From Myxococcales bacterium (GTDB lineage: Bacteria > Myxococcota_A > Polyangia > Palsa-1104 > JAEUJZ01): a stretch of DNA of 64,000 bases. Positions 41,856 to 52,209 of this stretch are shown here, piece by piece. The DNA is taken from assembly GCA_016794505.1 (NCBI GenBank), contig JAEUJZ010000049.1, positions 136 through 64,135 of the forward strand, written 5' to 3'. The stretch's first letter is position 1, and each line of letters starts with the position of its first letter. The notes beneath the pieces were generated by a model that saw nothing but the letters and a program-made list of their open reading frames with translations, had not been told where the DNA came from and ran no database searches. The position numbers and the translations under genes were made by a program.

Positions 41856-43475
41856 CTAGGCTCGCCGGTTCCCTGGCCGTGTCGCGGGCCTACCCTCTGC
41901 ATCACGTGCTTCCTCGCGGGGGTCTTCGGGCAGGTAAAGCGTCACGCAGCAGCCGCGCTCAGGCTGGTTGCTCGCTCCTTCTTCGTGCGCTGCGGTGACC
42001 GATATATGACCGCCGTGCGCCTCGGCGACGCGGCGAGCCAGAGTCAAGCCCAAGCCAAAGCCCTGCTTGTCACCGCGATGCGCGCCACTGGGGCTGGGCG
42101 TATGCGCTTTGTCGGCGCGATAAAACGGCTCTAGCACTCGCTCGCGCTCGCTTTCGGGGATGCCTTCGCCTTCGTCCATGACTGCAATCTCAACGAACCC
42201 AGCCGCGCGACGGGCGGATACGACGATGGGTGGGGCACCATACTTGCCCGCGTTTTCGATCAGGTTAAGAACGGCGCGCTTGAGCAGGTTGGCATCGGCA
42301 AACAGCGTCAGATCAGCATCCTGATCGGCCAGCTTCAGACGAACGTCTTTGCCCGCGGTGTGCGGATGACTGCGGGCGCGCTCGATCACCTGGGCCAGCA
42401 AGGGACGCAGCGCGATCGACGCAGGATGCGTCGGCAGCCCGGTCGCCTGCAAGCGCGAGGTGATCAGCACGTCTTCGATCAAGCGATCCAGCTCGCCTAG
42501 ATCCGCTTCGATCTCGCCGATGCGCGCTTCCGAAGCGGCGTCACGTGGCAAGAGCTCAAGCGCCAATCGCACACGAGCCAGTGGCGAGCGCAGCTCATGC
42601 GAGACATTGGCCAAGAGCTCGCGCTGTCCCAAGAGCAAGCGCTCGATGTGGTCTGCCATGTCGTTCCACGCTTGCATGAGCTGAAACAGCTCGTCGCGGT
42701 GGTGGTGATGCAGCGGGGATGATCCCCACCGCGGGGTGTGACGGCAGAATGGGCCACCGGGCGGCATGGGCGGCAGCGGGCGGCTCTGCGGCGAGGCTTT
42801 TCCGACGCTGCGCGGCGTGTGCCAGGGCGGCGGCGCGTGGGCACACTCTGCCGGCAGTGGAATGCGATAGCTCAGCTCTCCTTGGCCCAGGCGACGCGAG
42901 GCTTCGGTCAAAAGATCGATGGGCCGCGTGATGCGGCGGGCCAGCGGGCGACTGGCCACTGCAACCAGCAGCAACACCAGCGCCACGCCAAGAAAGGGTC
43001 GCCAGAGCCAGGTGACGCCACTCGTCGACAAGCGTCGCGGCGGTGACATCTGCAAGATGGCGATCAGTGTTCCCGTCGCTGGTTCACGAATCGGGGCGGC
43101 AGCGGCGGCGGCACGTCGCTGATAGATATCCTGGCCCCGCTGCAGCGCGAGCAGCTCGTCATCGGCTGGCGGTGGCAGGGGGCGTCCTGCGCTGGCCAGC
43201 GGGACTCCTTGCAGATCACAGACCGAAAGATCGATCTCGAAGTTGTGGTGAAGTTGAGTGATGACGTGTCGCAGGCGTGCGCGCTCGGCGTCGCCACTTT
43301 TGGTCAGAAGCGGTCGATCGCCCAGCTCGCTGGCCAGGTATCGCGCCAGGCGCTGCGTCACTTCGCGCAGGACCAAGCCGCGCTGGCCCAAAGAAAACAC
43401 CAAGCTGGTCGCCAACCCAACGACGAGCAGCACAGCCAACATGTGCAGATAGATTCGCGAGTGCAGGCGGGTCAT
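41856..43475 (-). CDS. sensor histidine kinase (HAMP-HisKA-HATPase)
   Basis: LANVSHELRSPL H-box; GFGLGLTLARRV G2 box; 4-bp overlap with the response regulator. Confidence 0.85.
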   Translation of the reverse strand: MTRLHSRIYLHMLAVLLVVGLATSLVFSLGQRGLVLREVTQRLARYLASELGDRPLLTKSGDAERARLRHVITQLHHNFEIDLSVCDLQGVPLASAGRPLPPPADDELLALQRGQDIYQRRAAAAAAPIREPATGTLIAILQMSPPRRLSTSGVTWLWRPFLGVALVLLLVAVASRPLARRITRPIDLLTEASRRLGQGELSYRIPLPAECAHAPPPWHTPRSVGKASPQSRPLPPMPPGGPFCRHTPRWGSSPLHHHHRDELFQLMQAWNDMADHIERLLLGQRELLANVSHELRSPLARVRLALELLPRDAASEARIGEIEADLGELDRLIEDVLITSRLQATGLPTHPASIALRPLLAQVIERARSHPHTAGKDVRLKLADQDADLTLFADANLLKRAVLNLIENAGKYGAPPIVVSARRAAGFVEIAVMDEGEGIPESERERVLEPFYRADKAHTPSPSGAHRGDKQGFGLGLTLARRVAEAHGGHISVTAAHEEGASNQPERGCCVTLYLPEDPREEARDAEGRPATRPGNRRA

Positions 43476-44185
43476 GAGCTGCCCCCATCGCGCGACAAGA
43501 CATAGCCGACGCCGCGCACGGTCTTTATGTAGCGCGGCTCGCGCGGGTTCGGCTCGATCTTGCCGCGCAGCTTCGAGACATGAACATCGATCGAGCGATC
43601 GAACGACTCGTACTCTTCGCCTTTCAGATCGTCGAGAAGCTGCTCGCGCGAGAGCACACGCCCCGCGGCCTTGGCCAGTGTCACCAGCAGCTGATATTCA
43701 TAGCTGGTCAGCGCGATGGGCTTGCCATCCAGAAATGCGCTGCGCGCGTCATAGTCGATCTCAAGCGCGCCACTTTTGAAGCGCGGACGACTGCTCTGCG
43801 GCGCTGCCCCGCGTCGCAAAACAGCGCGGATGCGGGCCAGAAGCTCACGCGGGTTGAAGGGCTTGGGCAGGTAGTCGTCTGCGCCGAGTTCGAGCCCGAC
43901 AATGCGATCGACGTCATCGCCCTTGGCCGTGAGCATCAGCACCGCAGTCTGGGCTAGATCGGGCGTGGCGCGAATGCGGCGACACACTTCCAGGCCATCA
44001 AGCCCCGGCAACATCAGATCCAAAAGCACGACATCAAACGCGCTGCGCCGCAGGACAGACAGCCCCCGCTCGCCGTCTTCGACGTGCTGCACGTCGATCT
44101 CTTGCTTGCCCAGATATTCCTTGAGCAACGCAGCCAAGCGGACGTCGTCATCGATCAGCAGGGCGGTGATGCGAACTGCGGGCAT
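43472..44185 (-). CDS. OmpR-family response regulator
   Basis: receiver domain (LLIDDD...DLMLPGLDG) plus winged-helix YIKTVRGVGYVL. Confidence 0.9.
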   Translation of the reverse strand: MPAVRITALLIDDDVRLAALLKEYLGKQEIDVQHVEDGERGLSVLRRSAFDVVLLDLMLPGLDGLEVCRRIRATPDLAQTAVLMLTAKGDDVDRIVGLELGADDYLPKPFNPRELLARIRAVLRRGAAPQSSRPRFKSGALEIDYDARSAFLDGKPIALTSYEYQLLVTLAKAAGRVLSREQLLDDLKGEEYESFDRSIDVHVSKLRGKIEPNPREPRYIKTVRGVGYVLSRDGGSS

Positions 44186-44233
44186 GGGGACAAGATATCG
44201 CAGGCGGAAATGGGCGGGTGGCGCAGCGGTCGA

Positions 44234-44698
44234 CTATTCGCTGTGCGAGCGCTTGAACTGGCGGATGTGATCGGTCACGACGCGGCGCTGCTGCGGCGAC
44301 AGCGTGTCGTGAGCCTCGACCAGAGCCTGCGTCACGACATCGGCAAGTGCCTTGCGCTCGACTTCGTGTGCGCCGCGCAGCGCGCTGATCTGGTTGGCAT
44401 CGACCTGATCGGATTCGAACAACGTCAGCGCTTGTTCCAGTGAGCCACCTGTCTTCTTCCGGTGATCTTCAAAGGCGGCGAACACGCGATCGCGGGCGGC
44501 ATGGATGCGCTGGCGCTGCCCGTCGTTGACCTTGGCATCGTCGAGAACCTCGTCGATGTGAGCGCTGACGATGCGCTTCATGATGGCGGCCTTGCGACCG
44601 TGGCCGAAGCCGGCGTGCGCGCTCTTGTACGCGACGCCTCCAACCAGAAGGGCCATGGCCAGGGCGATGAAGCTGATCTTGATGCGGCGGCGTGTCAT
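44234..44698 (-). CDS. CpxP/Spy-like periplasmic stress protein
   Basis: signal peptide; helical LTxxQ-like repeats; upstream of the two-component pair. Confidence 0.5.
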   Translation of the reverse strand: MTRRRIKISFIALAMALLVGGVAYKSAHAGFGHGRKAAIMKRIVSAHIDEVLDDAKVNDGQRQRIHAARDRVFAAFEDHRKKTGGSLEQALTLFESDQVDANQISALRGAHEVERKALADVVTQALVEAHDTLSPQQRRVVTDHIRQFKRSHSE

Positions 44699-44891
44699 GG
44701 GGCGACTCCTTTTTTCGTCTGTGGGCTTCGGCTCTCGCAGTGGCGAGCGCCACATCCACAAGCATGATCGGCGCCTGTAAACGCCGCCTGTCGCGCACGT
44801 AAATTTTTGTAAAGACACACCGCGGTAGCGGTTTGAGGAAGGTCAAAGCCAAGCCGAGCAATCGTCGGCAGCGTCGCTGAAAAACGTCTGC

Positions 44892-45404
44892 CTAGCCATC
44901 CTGCGGGGGACGAGACTTGCTTTTGATGCGCGAAACCAAGCGCTGGTTGGTGAGGATCGACCACTGCAGACGCACCGCGAGATCCACGGCTTCCACGAGC
45001 TTTTGAATGCTGTCGCCCTTGGTGATGTATGCGAAGGGGCGGAAGTCATTGATGATGCGATAGGGATCCTTGCTGTCCTGATATGCGGAATAAAAGATGA
45101 CCGGCAGGTTGGGGTGGCTTGCGCGGATCTTTTCACAGACGGAAAAGCCATCCATTCCCGCCATGCGCACATCCAAGATGACGGCGCAGATTTCGTCGCT
45201 TAGTACAGCGAGCGCATCCGGCCCGTTTTGGCACAAGTGCAAGTTGTACCGCTTGCCAAACAGCCCCTCGATGCCGCGCAGGATGTCGCGATCGTCGTCG
45301 ACGGCAATGATCGTGGGTAGCTCTGCGCTGCTCTTGGCGGCGCCTTGCTTGCTGGGCTTGTTGCCAGAGGCTCCGAGGAGCTCGTCGAGTTCGGTGAAGG
45401 CCAT
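44892..45404 (-). CDS. single-domain response regulator (CheY-like receiver)
   Basis: IIAVDDD...LDVRMAGMDG...FYSAY. Confidence 0.75.
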   Translation of the reverse strand: MAFTELDELLGASGNKPSKQGAAKSSAELPTIIAVDDDRDILRGIEGLFGKRYNLHLCQNGPDALAVLSDEICAVILDVRMAGMDGFSVCEKIRASHPNLPVIFYSAYQDSKDPYRIINDFRPFAYITKGDSIQKLVEAVDLAVRLQWSILTNQRLVSRIKSKSRPPQDG

Positions 45405-45419
45405 GTGCGCCTTATTACA

Positions 45420-47837
45420 CTAGGGCGAAGCGCGCAGAATGGCACGCCCGCTGCCCACTGCGATGGCTGTGCCGGAATAGGCTGCGACGCCAAACAGTGT
45501 CTGGGTCGAAAGCCCGCTATCGAGGCGCGAGAATGTGGAGCCATCACTGCTGCGCAGCATGGTTCCCCCCGTTCCAACGGCCCAGATTGCGCCGTTTCCC
45601 AAGTTGGCGACGGCACGAAGCACAGGATACATCGACAAGTCGACCTGACGATCGTACGAGCCCGATGTGAACTTAAGAAGGGTGCCGCGGGTCATGGCGT
45701 TGTCATAGCCGACGAAGGTCACGTCGTTCGGCGAGGCAGCCGAGACGCCATACAGCGTGGCATTGGGCAAGGGACGAACGACGGTGGCGTTGCCGGCGCC
45801 ATTGTATTTGAGCACGCAGGCGATGGTCGCCGTCATGTTCATGGGGTCGGCAATGGCGGTGCCGCCGGCCCAGACATCGTTGGGGCTGGTGGCTGTCACG
45901 GCCAGCAGGTTCGACGAAACGGCCGTGCCGATGGACACAAATGCGCTGCCATTCCAGCGCAAGAGCGTGCCGGCGTTGCCGACGGCATAGACGACTCCGG
46001 GACCGGCGCCGCCGATCGCGTTTAGGCGCTGCGAAACGGGCAGGTTCTCGGGATTGAAGGCGCTGCCGTTCCAGCGCAGCACGATCGGCAGGCCGGCGCT
46101 GTTGTTGTAGCCGGTGACCCAAACCTCAGTCGCACTGGCCGCGAAGACGCCCGTGTAATCGACGCTCGCGGGCTGGCCGGTGACGACGGGCAGCCAGCCT
46201 TGCCCGGTGTTGCGAACGACCGAGTTGCTATTTCCCACCACCCACAGATCTTTGGGACCGGTGCCCGAGATGGCCCCGAAGGCGCTGACGCCGGGATCAG
46301 CGGGGCGGCCGTACGCAGTCCAGGATGTGCCGTCATAGTGCAAGAGCGTGCCGCGCGAGCCGACGGCCCAGACATCGCTTTCGGTGACGGCGTAGACGCC
46401 GTTTAGATAACTGGTGCTGGGCACGGGATGGCGGATCAGTGTGTCTCCGTCGAAGTGCAGCACCGAACCGTCGATGCCGACCAGCCACGCATCACGCGAT
46501 GCACGGAAGTGGACGCCGTGAAGCGCGCTGGCGCTGGGATAGGCGGGCAGGGCGCGGTAGTTCTGCCCATCAAACAGTCCGATGGCCCCAGAGTCGCCTG
46601 AGAACAAGACGTTGGTCGCCGACAGTCCGCTGATGCCATAGAGCGGCCCTCCCATCGTCGGAGTGCTGACAAACATGCTGCCGTTCCAGCGCATGGCCTG
46701 GCCCAGTACCGAGGTGATAAACGCGGTGCCATCCGGCGCGACATACAGGCCAATCAAGTTGCCGCCAGGGCCGCCGGCCTGCGTGGCCCACTGCGTGCCG
46801 TTGAAGCGGTACAGAGTCGCAGCGTTGCCGATGGCCCAGACATCGCTGGCGCTGCTGCCGCGCACTGCCGTCAGGTTGGTGGTGCTGCCGCCGGGGGCGG
46901 GGACTTGGCTCCATGCCGTGCCGTCGAAGTGCAGGATGGTTCCCTGATCGCCGACGGCCCAGATGTCACTCGCAGAAGAGCCCCAGACCGACTGCAGGTT
47001 GCGCGTCACGCCCGAGGGCTGCAGGCTCCATGTCGTGCCATCGAAGTGCAGGATCTGACCACCATCACCGACGGCCCAGAGGTTGTCCGTGGCGAAGCCC
47101 CAGATCGCGTTCATCGTCACGTCCAAGGGCAGAGGACTTTCCCAGCAGACCTTGCCTGCGGTGCAGATCTGCTGCGCAAAGCGGGCCTGTGCCGACAGCG
47201 GTCGCGTCACGACCAAGTCGCAGAGGCCGCTGCCAGCGCAGGCGCCGCTCCAGCCAGCAAAGTACGACTTGGCACCGGGGCTGACGCTGAGCGTGATGCG
47301 GCTGCCTGCCGGCGCATCCAAGCGGCACTGCATGCCGCAGGAAAGTCCGGTCGGGTTCGACGTGATGATGCCGTCTCCGCTGGTCGAGACCTCGACGCTG
47401 CACAAGGGCGGTGTGTGCGCTTGCAGCGCGACGGTGACGAGCTGTCTGCCGCCCGCGACGCTGACCTCGCCGCGGCCGCTGGCTTGGGCGCAGCCATCGG
47501 CTGCGATGGCTCGCACATCGACGACAAAGGTGCCGCTGCTGCCGCTGGGCAGGGGATACTGCGCTTGCCGCACGTCGCTCGGCAGGTTTTCGGCGGCGCG
47601 CACCGGCTGGCCAGCGAGCGTCGCGCTGTAGCGCAGGGCCACGGTCTTTTCCGGGACTCCGCTCACCTCAACGACGACGGTGGGGGGAACGCTGCCGCAG
47701 CTTGCCAGATACGCGATCAGCAGACCAAAAAGCAGTTGGACGGCTCGAATGCTTGTCCAGCGCGCACTTGGCTGCGAGCGTGGTTCTGATCGAGCCCGCG
47801 AACGCGAGACAAGCGGCGAGTTCGTAGTGCGCTGCAT
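45420..47837 (-). CDS. large Ycf48-like/BNR-type beta-propeller repeat lipoprotein, paralog of 34681-36246
   Basis: lipobox LASCG; many GTILHFDG..W blades. Confidence 0.65.
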   Translation of the reverse strand: MQRTTNSPLVSRSRARSEPRSQPSARWTSIRAVQLLFGLLIAYLASCGSVPPTVVVEVSGVPEKTVALRYSATLAGQPVRAAENLPSDVRQAQYPLPSGSSGTFVVDVRAIAADGCAQASGRGEVSVAGGRQLVTVALQAHTPPLCSVEVSTSGDGIITSNPTGLSCGMQCRLDAPAGSRITLSVSPGAKSYFAGWSGACAGSGLCDLVVTRPLSAQARFAQQICTAGKVCWESPLPLDVTMNAIWGFATDNLWAVGDGGQILHFDGTTWSLQPSGVTRNLQSVWGSSASDIWAVGDQGTILHFDGTAWSQVPAPGGSTTNLTAVRGSSASDVWAIGNAATLYRFNGTQWATQAGGPGGNLIGLYVAPDGTAFITSVLGQAMRWNGSMFVSTPTMGGPLYGISGLSATNVLFSGDSGAIGLFDGQNYRALPAYPSASALHGVHFRASRDAWLVGIDGSVLHFDGDTLIRHPVPSTSYLNGVYAVTESDVWAVGSRGTLLHYDGTSWTAYGRPADPGVSAFGAISGTGPKDLWVVGNSNSVVRNTGQGWLPVVTGQPASVDYTGVFAASATEVWVTGYNNSAGLPIVLRWNGSAFNPENLPVSQRLNAIGGAGPGVVYAVGNAGTLLRWNGSAFVSIGTAVSSNLLAVTATSPNDVWAGGTAIADPMNMTATIACVLKYNGAGNATVVRPLPNATLYGVSAASPNDVTFVGYDNAMTRGTLLKFTSGSYDRQVDLSMYPVLRAVANLGNGAIWAVGTGGTMLRSSDGSTFSRLDSGLSTQTLFGVAAYSGTAIAVGSGRAILRASP

Positions 47838-48062
47838 GATGCCCCCCTGATCGTGCGCGGTCCGGTGGTTGCGCCCCGGCGAGTCTGCTGACAGCCCCGC
47901 TTTTCCGCGTGCTGAGGCGCCGCCGTTCGTCGGACAGACACGTCCGATCATCTTAGCGTGGTTGCGTCGAGTGCAGCGAGAGGAATTGTGGCGCGCTTGC
48001 GGCTTCCTGTGCCCCGCAGTCTGGGTGCTGCACCCGCGACGCGGTGGCCGGCGAAGCGACGA

Positions 48063-49013
48063 CTATGGGGCGTCTTCTTCGCGCTCGTCGTACGTGCGTG
48101 CCAACAGATGAAAGCGACTGCCCGCGATGCGCAGCTCGTTGAGCGGGCAGAGGGTCTTTTTGCCGCACAGCTCGGATAGCTCGGACAGGCGCTCGCGATC
48201 GTGCGCGTACACGTTCCAGTCGCCTTCTTTGGGCTCGACGATGTCGAACAGCCAGTCAACCCGATGGCCTTGTCCTTGGGCTGCACAGTCGCTGCGCTCG
48301 GCGTCGCTGCGCTCGCTGCCGCACACGCCATGGGCAGCGTCCGAGGGCGCGTGGCTGTCGGCGAATTCGATCACCGCGTGCCGCATGTATTCGAGATCCG
48401 TCTCGGACAGCACGCCTTGCGTGACGTCGCCTTCGGGGTGTGTGTGATAGGTGCCGATGAAGAACTCGCCTGCGCCCAGCGGGCCCAGATCGGCGGCCGC
48501 AAAGGTCAGCGTGGCATCGCCAAAGCGAAACGGCGGCACGACAATCCGCGAGACATCGACGTCGACGATGTGTTGGTCTCCAACGCGCGGCACCGCGATG
48601 CGACGCCCCAGAACAAACGCTGCGACCTCGGCGACACCGCGCGGGCCGAAGCCGGGCTGTGCCACTGAGATCTCTTTCAGTCGGCGAAGCTGACAGACCG
48701 AGCGAGCACCGAAGCGCACCCGCGACAAGCGCCCCTGAAGCTGCACCGCGAAGCTGCGTGCGGGCGCCTGGCAGCTTCGGCCTGCACGTGGGAAGTCAGG
48801 ATGCGGCACGTCCGCGAGCAGCGCGTTCAGCAGCGCGGCATTGGCCATCGCGTCATTTCCGTCGAGACGCGGAATATCCGGGGCGACTTCACCGCGCAGG
48901 CGAGCGCGTTCCAAGGAATGCACGGCGGGCCGCGGTCGTTCCGTGCGCAGGAAATACCCCGCGCAAAGAGCCACGATGCCAAGCCCATATGCAAGAAGCG
49001 CCCAGAGCCGCAT
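48063..49013 (-). CDS. hypothetical membrane-anchored protein with JAMM/MPN-like H.H...S..D motif
   Basis: N-terminal TM helix; GTYHTHPEGDVTQGVLSETD resembles a metal-binding JAMM motif, but the spacing is atypical. Confidence 0.3.
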   Translation of the reverse strand: MRLWALLAYGLGIVALCAGYFLRTERPRPAVHSLERARLRGEVAPDIPRLDGNDAMANAALLNALLADVPHPDFPRAGRSCQAPARSFAVQLQGRLSRVRFGARSVCQLRRLKEISVAQPGFGPRGVAEVAAFVLGRRIAVPRVGDQHIVDVDVSRIVVPPFRFGDATLTFAAADLGPLGAGEFFIGTYHTHPEGDVTQGVLSETDLEYMRHAVIEFADSHAPSDAAHGVCGSERSDAERSDCAAQGQGHRVDWLFDIVEPKEGDWNVYAHDRERLSELSELCGKKTLCPLNELRIAGSRFHLLARTYDEREEDAP

Positions 49014-49167
49014 GCCCCCCGTCCAGGCCAGCGCACGGGCCGCGAGCGGGCGCTGGATTGCCTAAATATGACTGATGTTTTTGTAATTCAGAATCCAAAA
49101 AATCTAGAAAATCATCGCTCTACGCGCCGAACGGGGCACAATGATCTCATCTTCAAATGGAGAAGCC

Positions 49168-51390
49168 ATGTCGCGAACGCTAGCCGCTCTCTCGCTGACC
49201 ACCTTGCTTGGGGCCGTGTCACTGCCCTGCGGCCAGGCCCACGCCGAGGAGGGTATGTGGACCCTGACCGACCTGCCGCGCGGCAGCCTGCGCCAGCGCT
49301 ACGGCTTTGAGCCCAGCGACGACTGGCTGCTGCACGTGCAGCGAGCGGCGGTGCGCCTGGGCAACGGCTGCTCGGGCAGCTTTGTCTCGCCGCAGGGCCT
49401 GGTCATGACGAACCATCACTGCGCCGTGTCCTGCATTACGGAACATTCATCGGCCGGTCAGGACCTGATGAAGAACGGCTTCTATGCCCAGAGCCGCGAG
49501 CAAGAAAAGCGCTGCACCGGGCTGGAAGTAAACCAGCTTGTCGAGGTCGACGACGTCACGCAGTACGTCCATGGCGCGACACAGGGCCTAAGCGGCGAGC
49601 AGTTCGGCAAGGCACAGCGCGCCGAGATGAGCCGCATCGAGAAGCTGTGTGGCGAAGCGACCGGCCTGCGCTGCGACGTCGTCAGCCTGTACCACGGCGG
49701 CAAGTACCACTTGTACAAGTACCGTCGCTATTCTGACGTGCGACTGGTCTTTGCACCCGAATCGGGGGCGGCCTCCTTCGGCGGCGATCCCGACAACTTC
49801 AACTATCCCCGCTATGCGCTCGACGTGACGTATCTGCGCGCGTACGGCCCGAACAACCAGCCGATCTCGCCCGAGCGCTTCCTGGCGTACAACCCTCAGG
49901 GGGCCCGCAGCGAGGGAGATCTGGTCATGGCGGTCGGGCATCCCGGCTCGACGCAGCGCCTGTTGACCGTGGCGCAGCTTGAGTTTCTGCGCGATGTCGT
50001 GCTGCCCGAAAAGCTTCTTTACATGGCGGAACAGCGCGGCCGCCTGATCGAGTTCGGCAAGCGCGGTATCGAACAAAAGCGCCAGGCTGCCGAGCCGCTG
50101 CAGTATCTGGAGAACAGCTACAAGGCCAACTATGGCCAGCTGCAGACGCTGCTCGATCGCAACTTCATGAACGCCAAGGCCACGGCCGAGCAGGCGATGC
50201 GGGCGCGTGTGGCGCGCGATCCGGCGCTGCAAGCGCAGTACGGCGCGGCCTGGGATGGCCTGAGCAAAGCGCAGGAACAAGCGCGCCGCCTGTACAAGCT
50301 GTTCGTGTTTTTGGAGGCCGGGCGGGCGTTCGATTCGACGCTGTTCCGCTATGCGCGGACACTGGTGCGCGCCGCCGATGAGCGTCTGAAAGAAAACGGC
50401 GACCGCCTGCGCGAGTATCGCGAGTCGGCTCTGCCGTCGCTGAGCATGCGGCTCTTGAGCAAGCGTCCGATCTATTCGCAGGTCGAAGAGCTGAGCTTGA
50501 GCTATTCGCTGACCAAGCTGCGCGAAGCACTGGGCCCGGATCATCCGGTGGTGCGCCAGGTGTTGGGCGTCGAGTCGCCGGAAGAGCTCGCCCGCCGCGT
50601 CGTGCAGGGCAGCAAGCTTGGGGACAGCGCCCTGCGCAAGCAGCTGTATGAAGGCGGCCTGCGCTTGGTGTCGACGTCGTCCGATCCGATGATCCAGTTG
50701 GCGCGGGCCATCGACGGCGAAGCGCGGCAGATCCGTAAGCAGTGGGAAGACGAAGTCGATGCGCTGGAAGACAAAAACGGCGAGCTGGTGGCGCGGGCGA
50801 TGTTCGCGGTGCTGGGCACCAGCATCTATCCCGATGCGACGTTTACGCTGCGTCTGACGTACGGCACGGTGAAGGGCTACAACGATGGCTCGCGTGTCAT
50901 CGCTCCGTTCACCTATTTCGGTGGCGCATTCGAGCGTCACACGGGCCGCGATCCCTTCGTGCTGCCGCAGACCTGGCTGGGTAAAAAAGCGGCGCTCAAG
51001 CTCGACACGCCGTACGACTTTGTCAGCACGCTCGACATCATCGGCGGCAACTCAGGCAGCCCGGTGATCAGCCGCGATGCGCACATCGTCGGGCTGGCAT
51101 TCGACGGCAACTTGCAGTCACTGGGGGGCGCATACCACTTCGATGAAGCGGTGAATCGCTGCGTTTCGCTGCATGCAGCAGGCCTGATCGAAGCGCTGCG
51201 CGTGGTCTATCGCACCGAGCGCATCCTCAAAGAGATCATCGTCCTTGGACCCGACGGTCGACCGATGACGATGAGCGTCCCGCCAGCGCCCACTGCGCCG
51301 GCCGCGGCTCCTGCTACAAACCCTGGGGCTGCGGTCGCTAAGCCAGCCGCCCCAGGCGCTCCGGCGGCTGCTCCGGCGGGCCCGCGCTAG
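49168..51390 (+). CDS. S46-family dipeptidyl-peptidase (DPP7/DPP11-like)
   Basis: signal peptide; GMW...GCSGSFVSPQGLVMTNHHC N-terminal hallmark; C-terminal GGNSGSPV. Confidence 0.85.
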   Translation: MSRTLAALSLTTLLGAVSLPCGQAHAEEGMWTLTDLPRGSLRQRYGFEPSDDWLLHVQRAAVRLGNGCSGSFVSPQGLVMTNHHCAVSCITEHSSAGQDLMKNGFYAQSREQEKRCTGLEVNQLVEVDDVTQYVHGATQGLSGEQFGKAQRAEMSRIEKLCGEATGLRCDVVSLYHGGKYHLYKYRRYSDVRLVFAPESGAASFGGDPDNFNYPRYALDVTYLRAYGPNNQPISPERFLAYNPQGARSEGDLVMAVGHPGSTQRLLTVAQLEFLRDVVLPEKLLYMAEQRGRLIEFGKRGIEQKRQAAEPLQYLENSYKANYGQLQTLLDRNFMNAKATAEQAMRARVARDPALQAQYGAAWDGLSKAQEQARRLYKLFVFLEAGRAFDSTLFRYARTLVRAADERLKENGDRLREYRESALPSLSMRLLSKRPIYSQVEELSLSYSLTKLREALGPDHPVVRQVLGVESPEELARRVVQGSKLGDSALRKQLYEGGLRLVSTSSDPMIQLARAIDGEARQIRKQWEDEVDALEDKNGELVARAMFAVLGTSIYPDATFTLRLTYGTVKGYNDGSRVIAPFTYFGGAFERHTGRDPFVLPQTWLGKKAALKLDTPYDFVSTLDIIGGNSGSPVISRDAHIVGLAFDGNLQSLGGAYHFDEAVNRCVSLHAAGLIEALRVVYRTERILKEIIVLGPDGRPMTMSVPPAPTAPAAAPATNPGAAVAKPAAPGAPAAAPAGPR

Positions 51391-51510
51391 TCCGCTGCCC
51401 TCGCGCCGCCTTCGTGCGGGCTTTCCGCTTTTTTCCGGCCGTCCAGCCTCCAGCGAAATCGGTAGTGCTCAAGTTTGGTTGTCGGACCAAGCTAGACCGC
51501 TCTTGCATCC

Positions 51511-51864
51511 ATGACCCCCGCGTGTCACCTTCGCCGCATGCCTAGACGGAAGAAGGAAGAGGACTTCAACACGCAGATCCATGCGCTGTACGAGCGCATA
51601 GCCGGCGGCGAGTCATCGCACGACGACGAACCCCCGGCGGAACCCGCGCCCACTCCAGAGAAGACGGAGAAGCCCAAGAAGGCCGACAAGGTCTTTGACC
51701 CTACCGTGAGCCCGGCTCAATGGCTAGGACAGCGCGGCGGCAAGAAGGGTGGCAAAGCGCGCACGGATGCCATGACGGCAGAGCAGCGCAAGGAACTTGC
51801 CCAGAAGGCCGCCGCCGCTCGCTGGGCCACCGCCAAGACCGGCGATCGCAAGGGCAACGGCTAG
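51511..51864 (+). CDS. hypothetical Lys/Glu-rich protein
   Basis: ORF only. Confidence 0.3.
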   Translation: MTPACHLRRMPRRKKEEDFNTQIHALYERIAGGESSHDDEPPAEPAPTPEKTEKPKKADKVFDPTVSPAQWLGQRGGKKGGKARTDAMTAEQRKELAQKAAAARWATAKTGDRKGNG

Positions 51865-52106
51865 CCCTTCAATTTCTCCCCCCACCCTTTCGGCGCTTTC
51901 CCGTCGCCGTAAGCCAGCCAGCATCGTTCCACCTTCAGCGCAGTAGCCAACCTCTCCACCGTGTCAGTGCGCGGCGTGCGGCTGTCTAGTTCCACGTCAG
52001 TGATGGAGCTGGGCGCGATGCCGGCTCGCTGCGCCAACTCGCGCACGGTCCAGTCCGCTTTTTCGCGTGCCCACTTCAGACGTTCTCCGATGGTGCTGCT
52101 GCTCAC
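51861..52106 (-). CDS. XRE/Cro-C1-type HTH transcriptional repressor
   Basis: LKWAREKADWTVRELAQRAGIAPSSITDVE; divergent from a rightward operon, with operators in between. Confidence 0.75.
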   Translation of the reverse strand: MSSSTIGERLKWAREKADWTVRELAQRAGIAPSSITDVELDSRTPRTDTVERLATALKVERCWLAYGDGKAPKGWGEKLKG

Positions 52107-52129
52107 GGCGGTTTCTTAGTACTGCCGCC

Positions 52130-52175
52130 GTTCCCTTTGGGGAACAGAAATTTGCTCTTGTTCCTTTCAGGGAAC
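52130..52175. promoter_or_regulatory. two GTTCC-N6-GGAAC palindromic operator-like sites in the divergent promoter region
   Basis: gttccctttggggaac (52130-52145) and gttcctttcagggaac (52160-52175); centres 30 bp apart; between the XRE gene and the rightward operon. Confidence 0.55.
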
Positions 52176-52209
52176 ATTCTGGCGTCCTCATCCATGAGGG
52201 AGGTCACCA

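Noticed and set aside
48063-49013. Calling this protein a JAMM/MPN deubiquitinase-like enzyme
   Set aside because: The H-x-H...S-x-x-D spacing is atypical (10 rather than 7 residues) and the upstream Glu is not identifiable, so it is kept as hypothetical.
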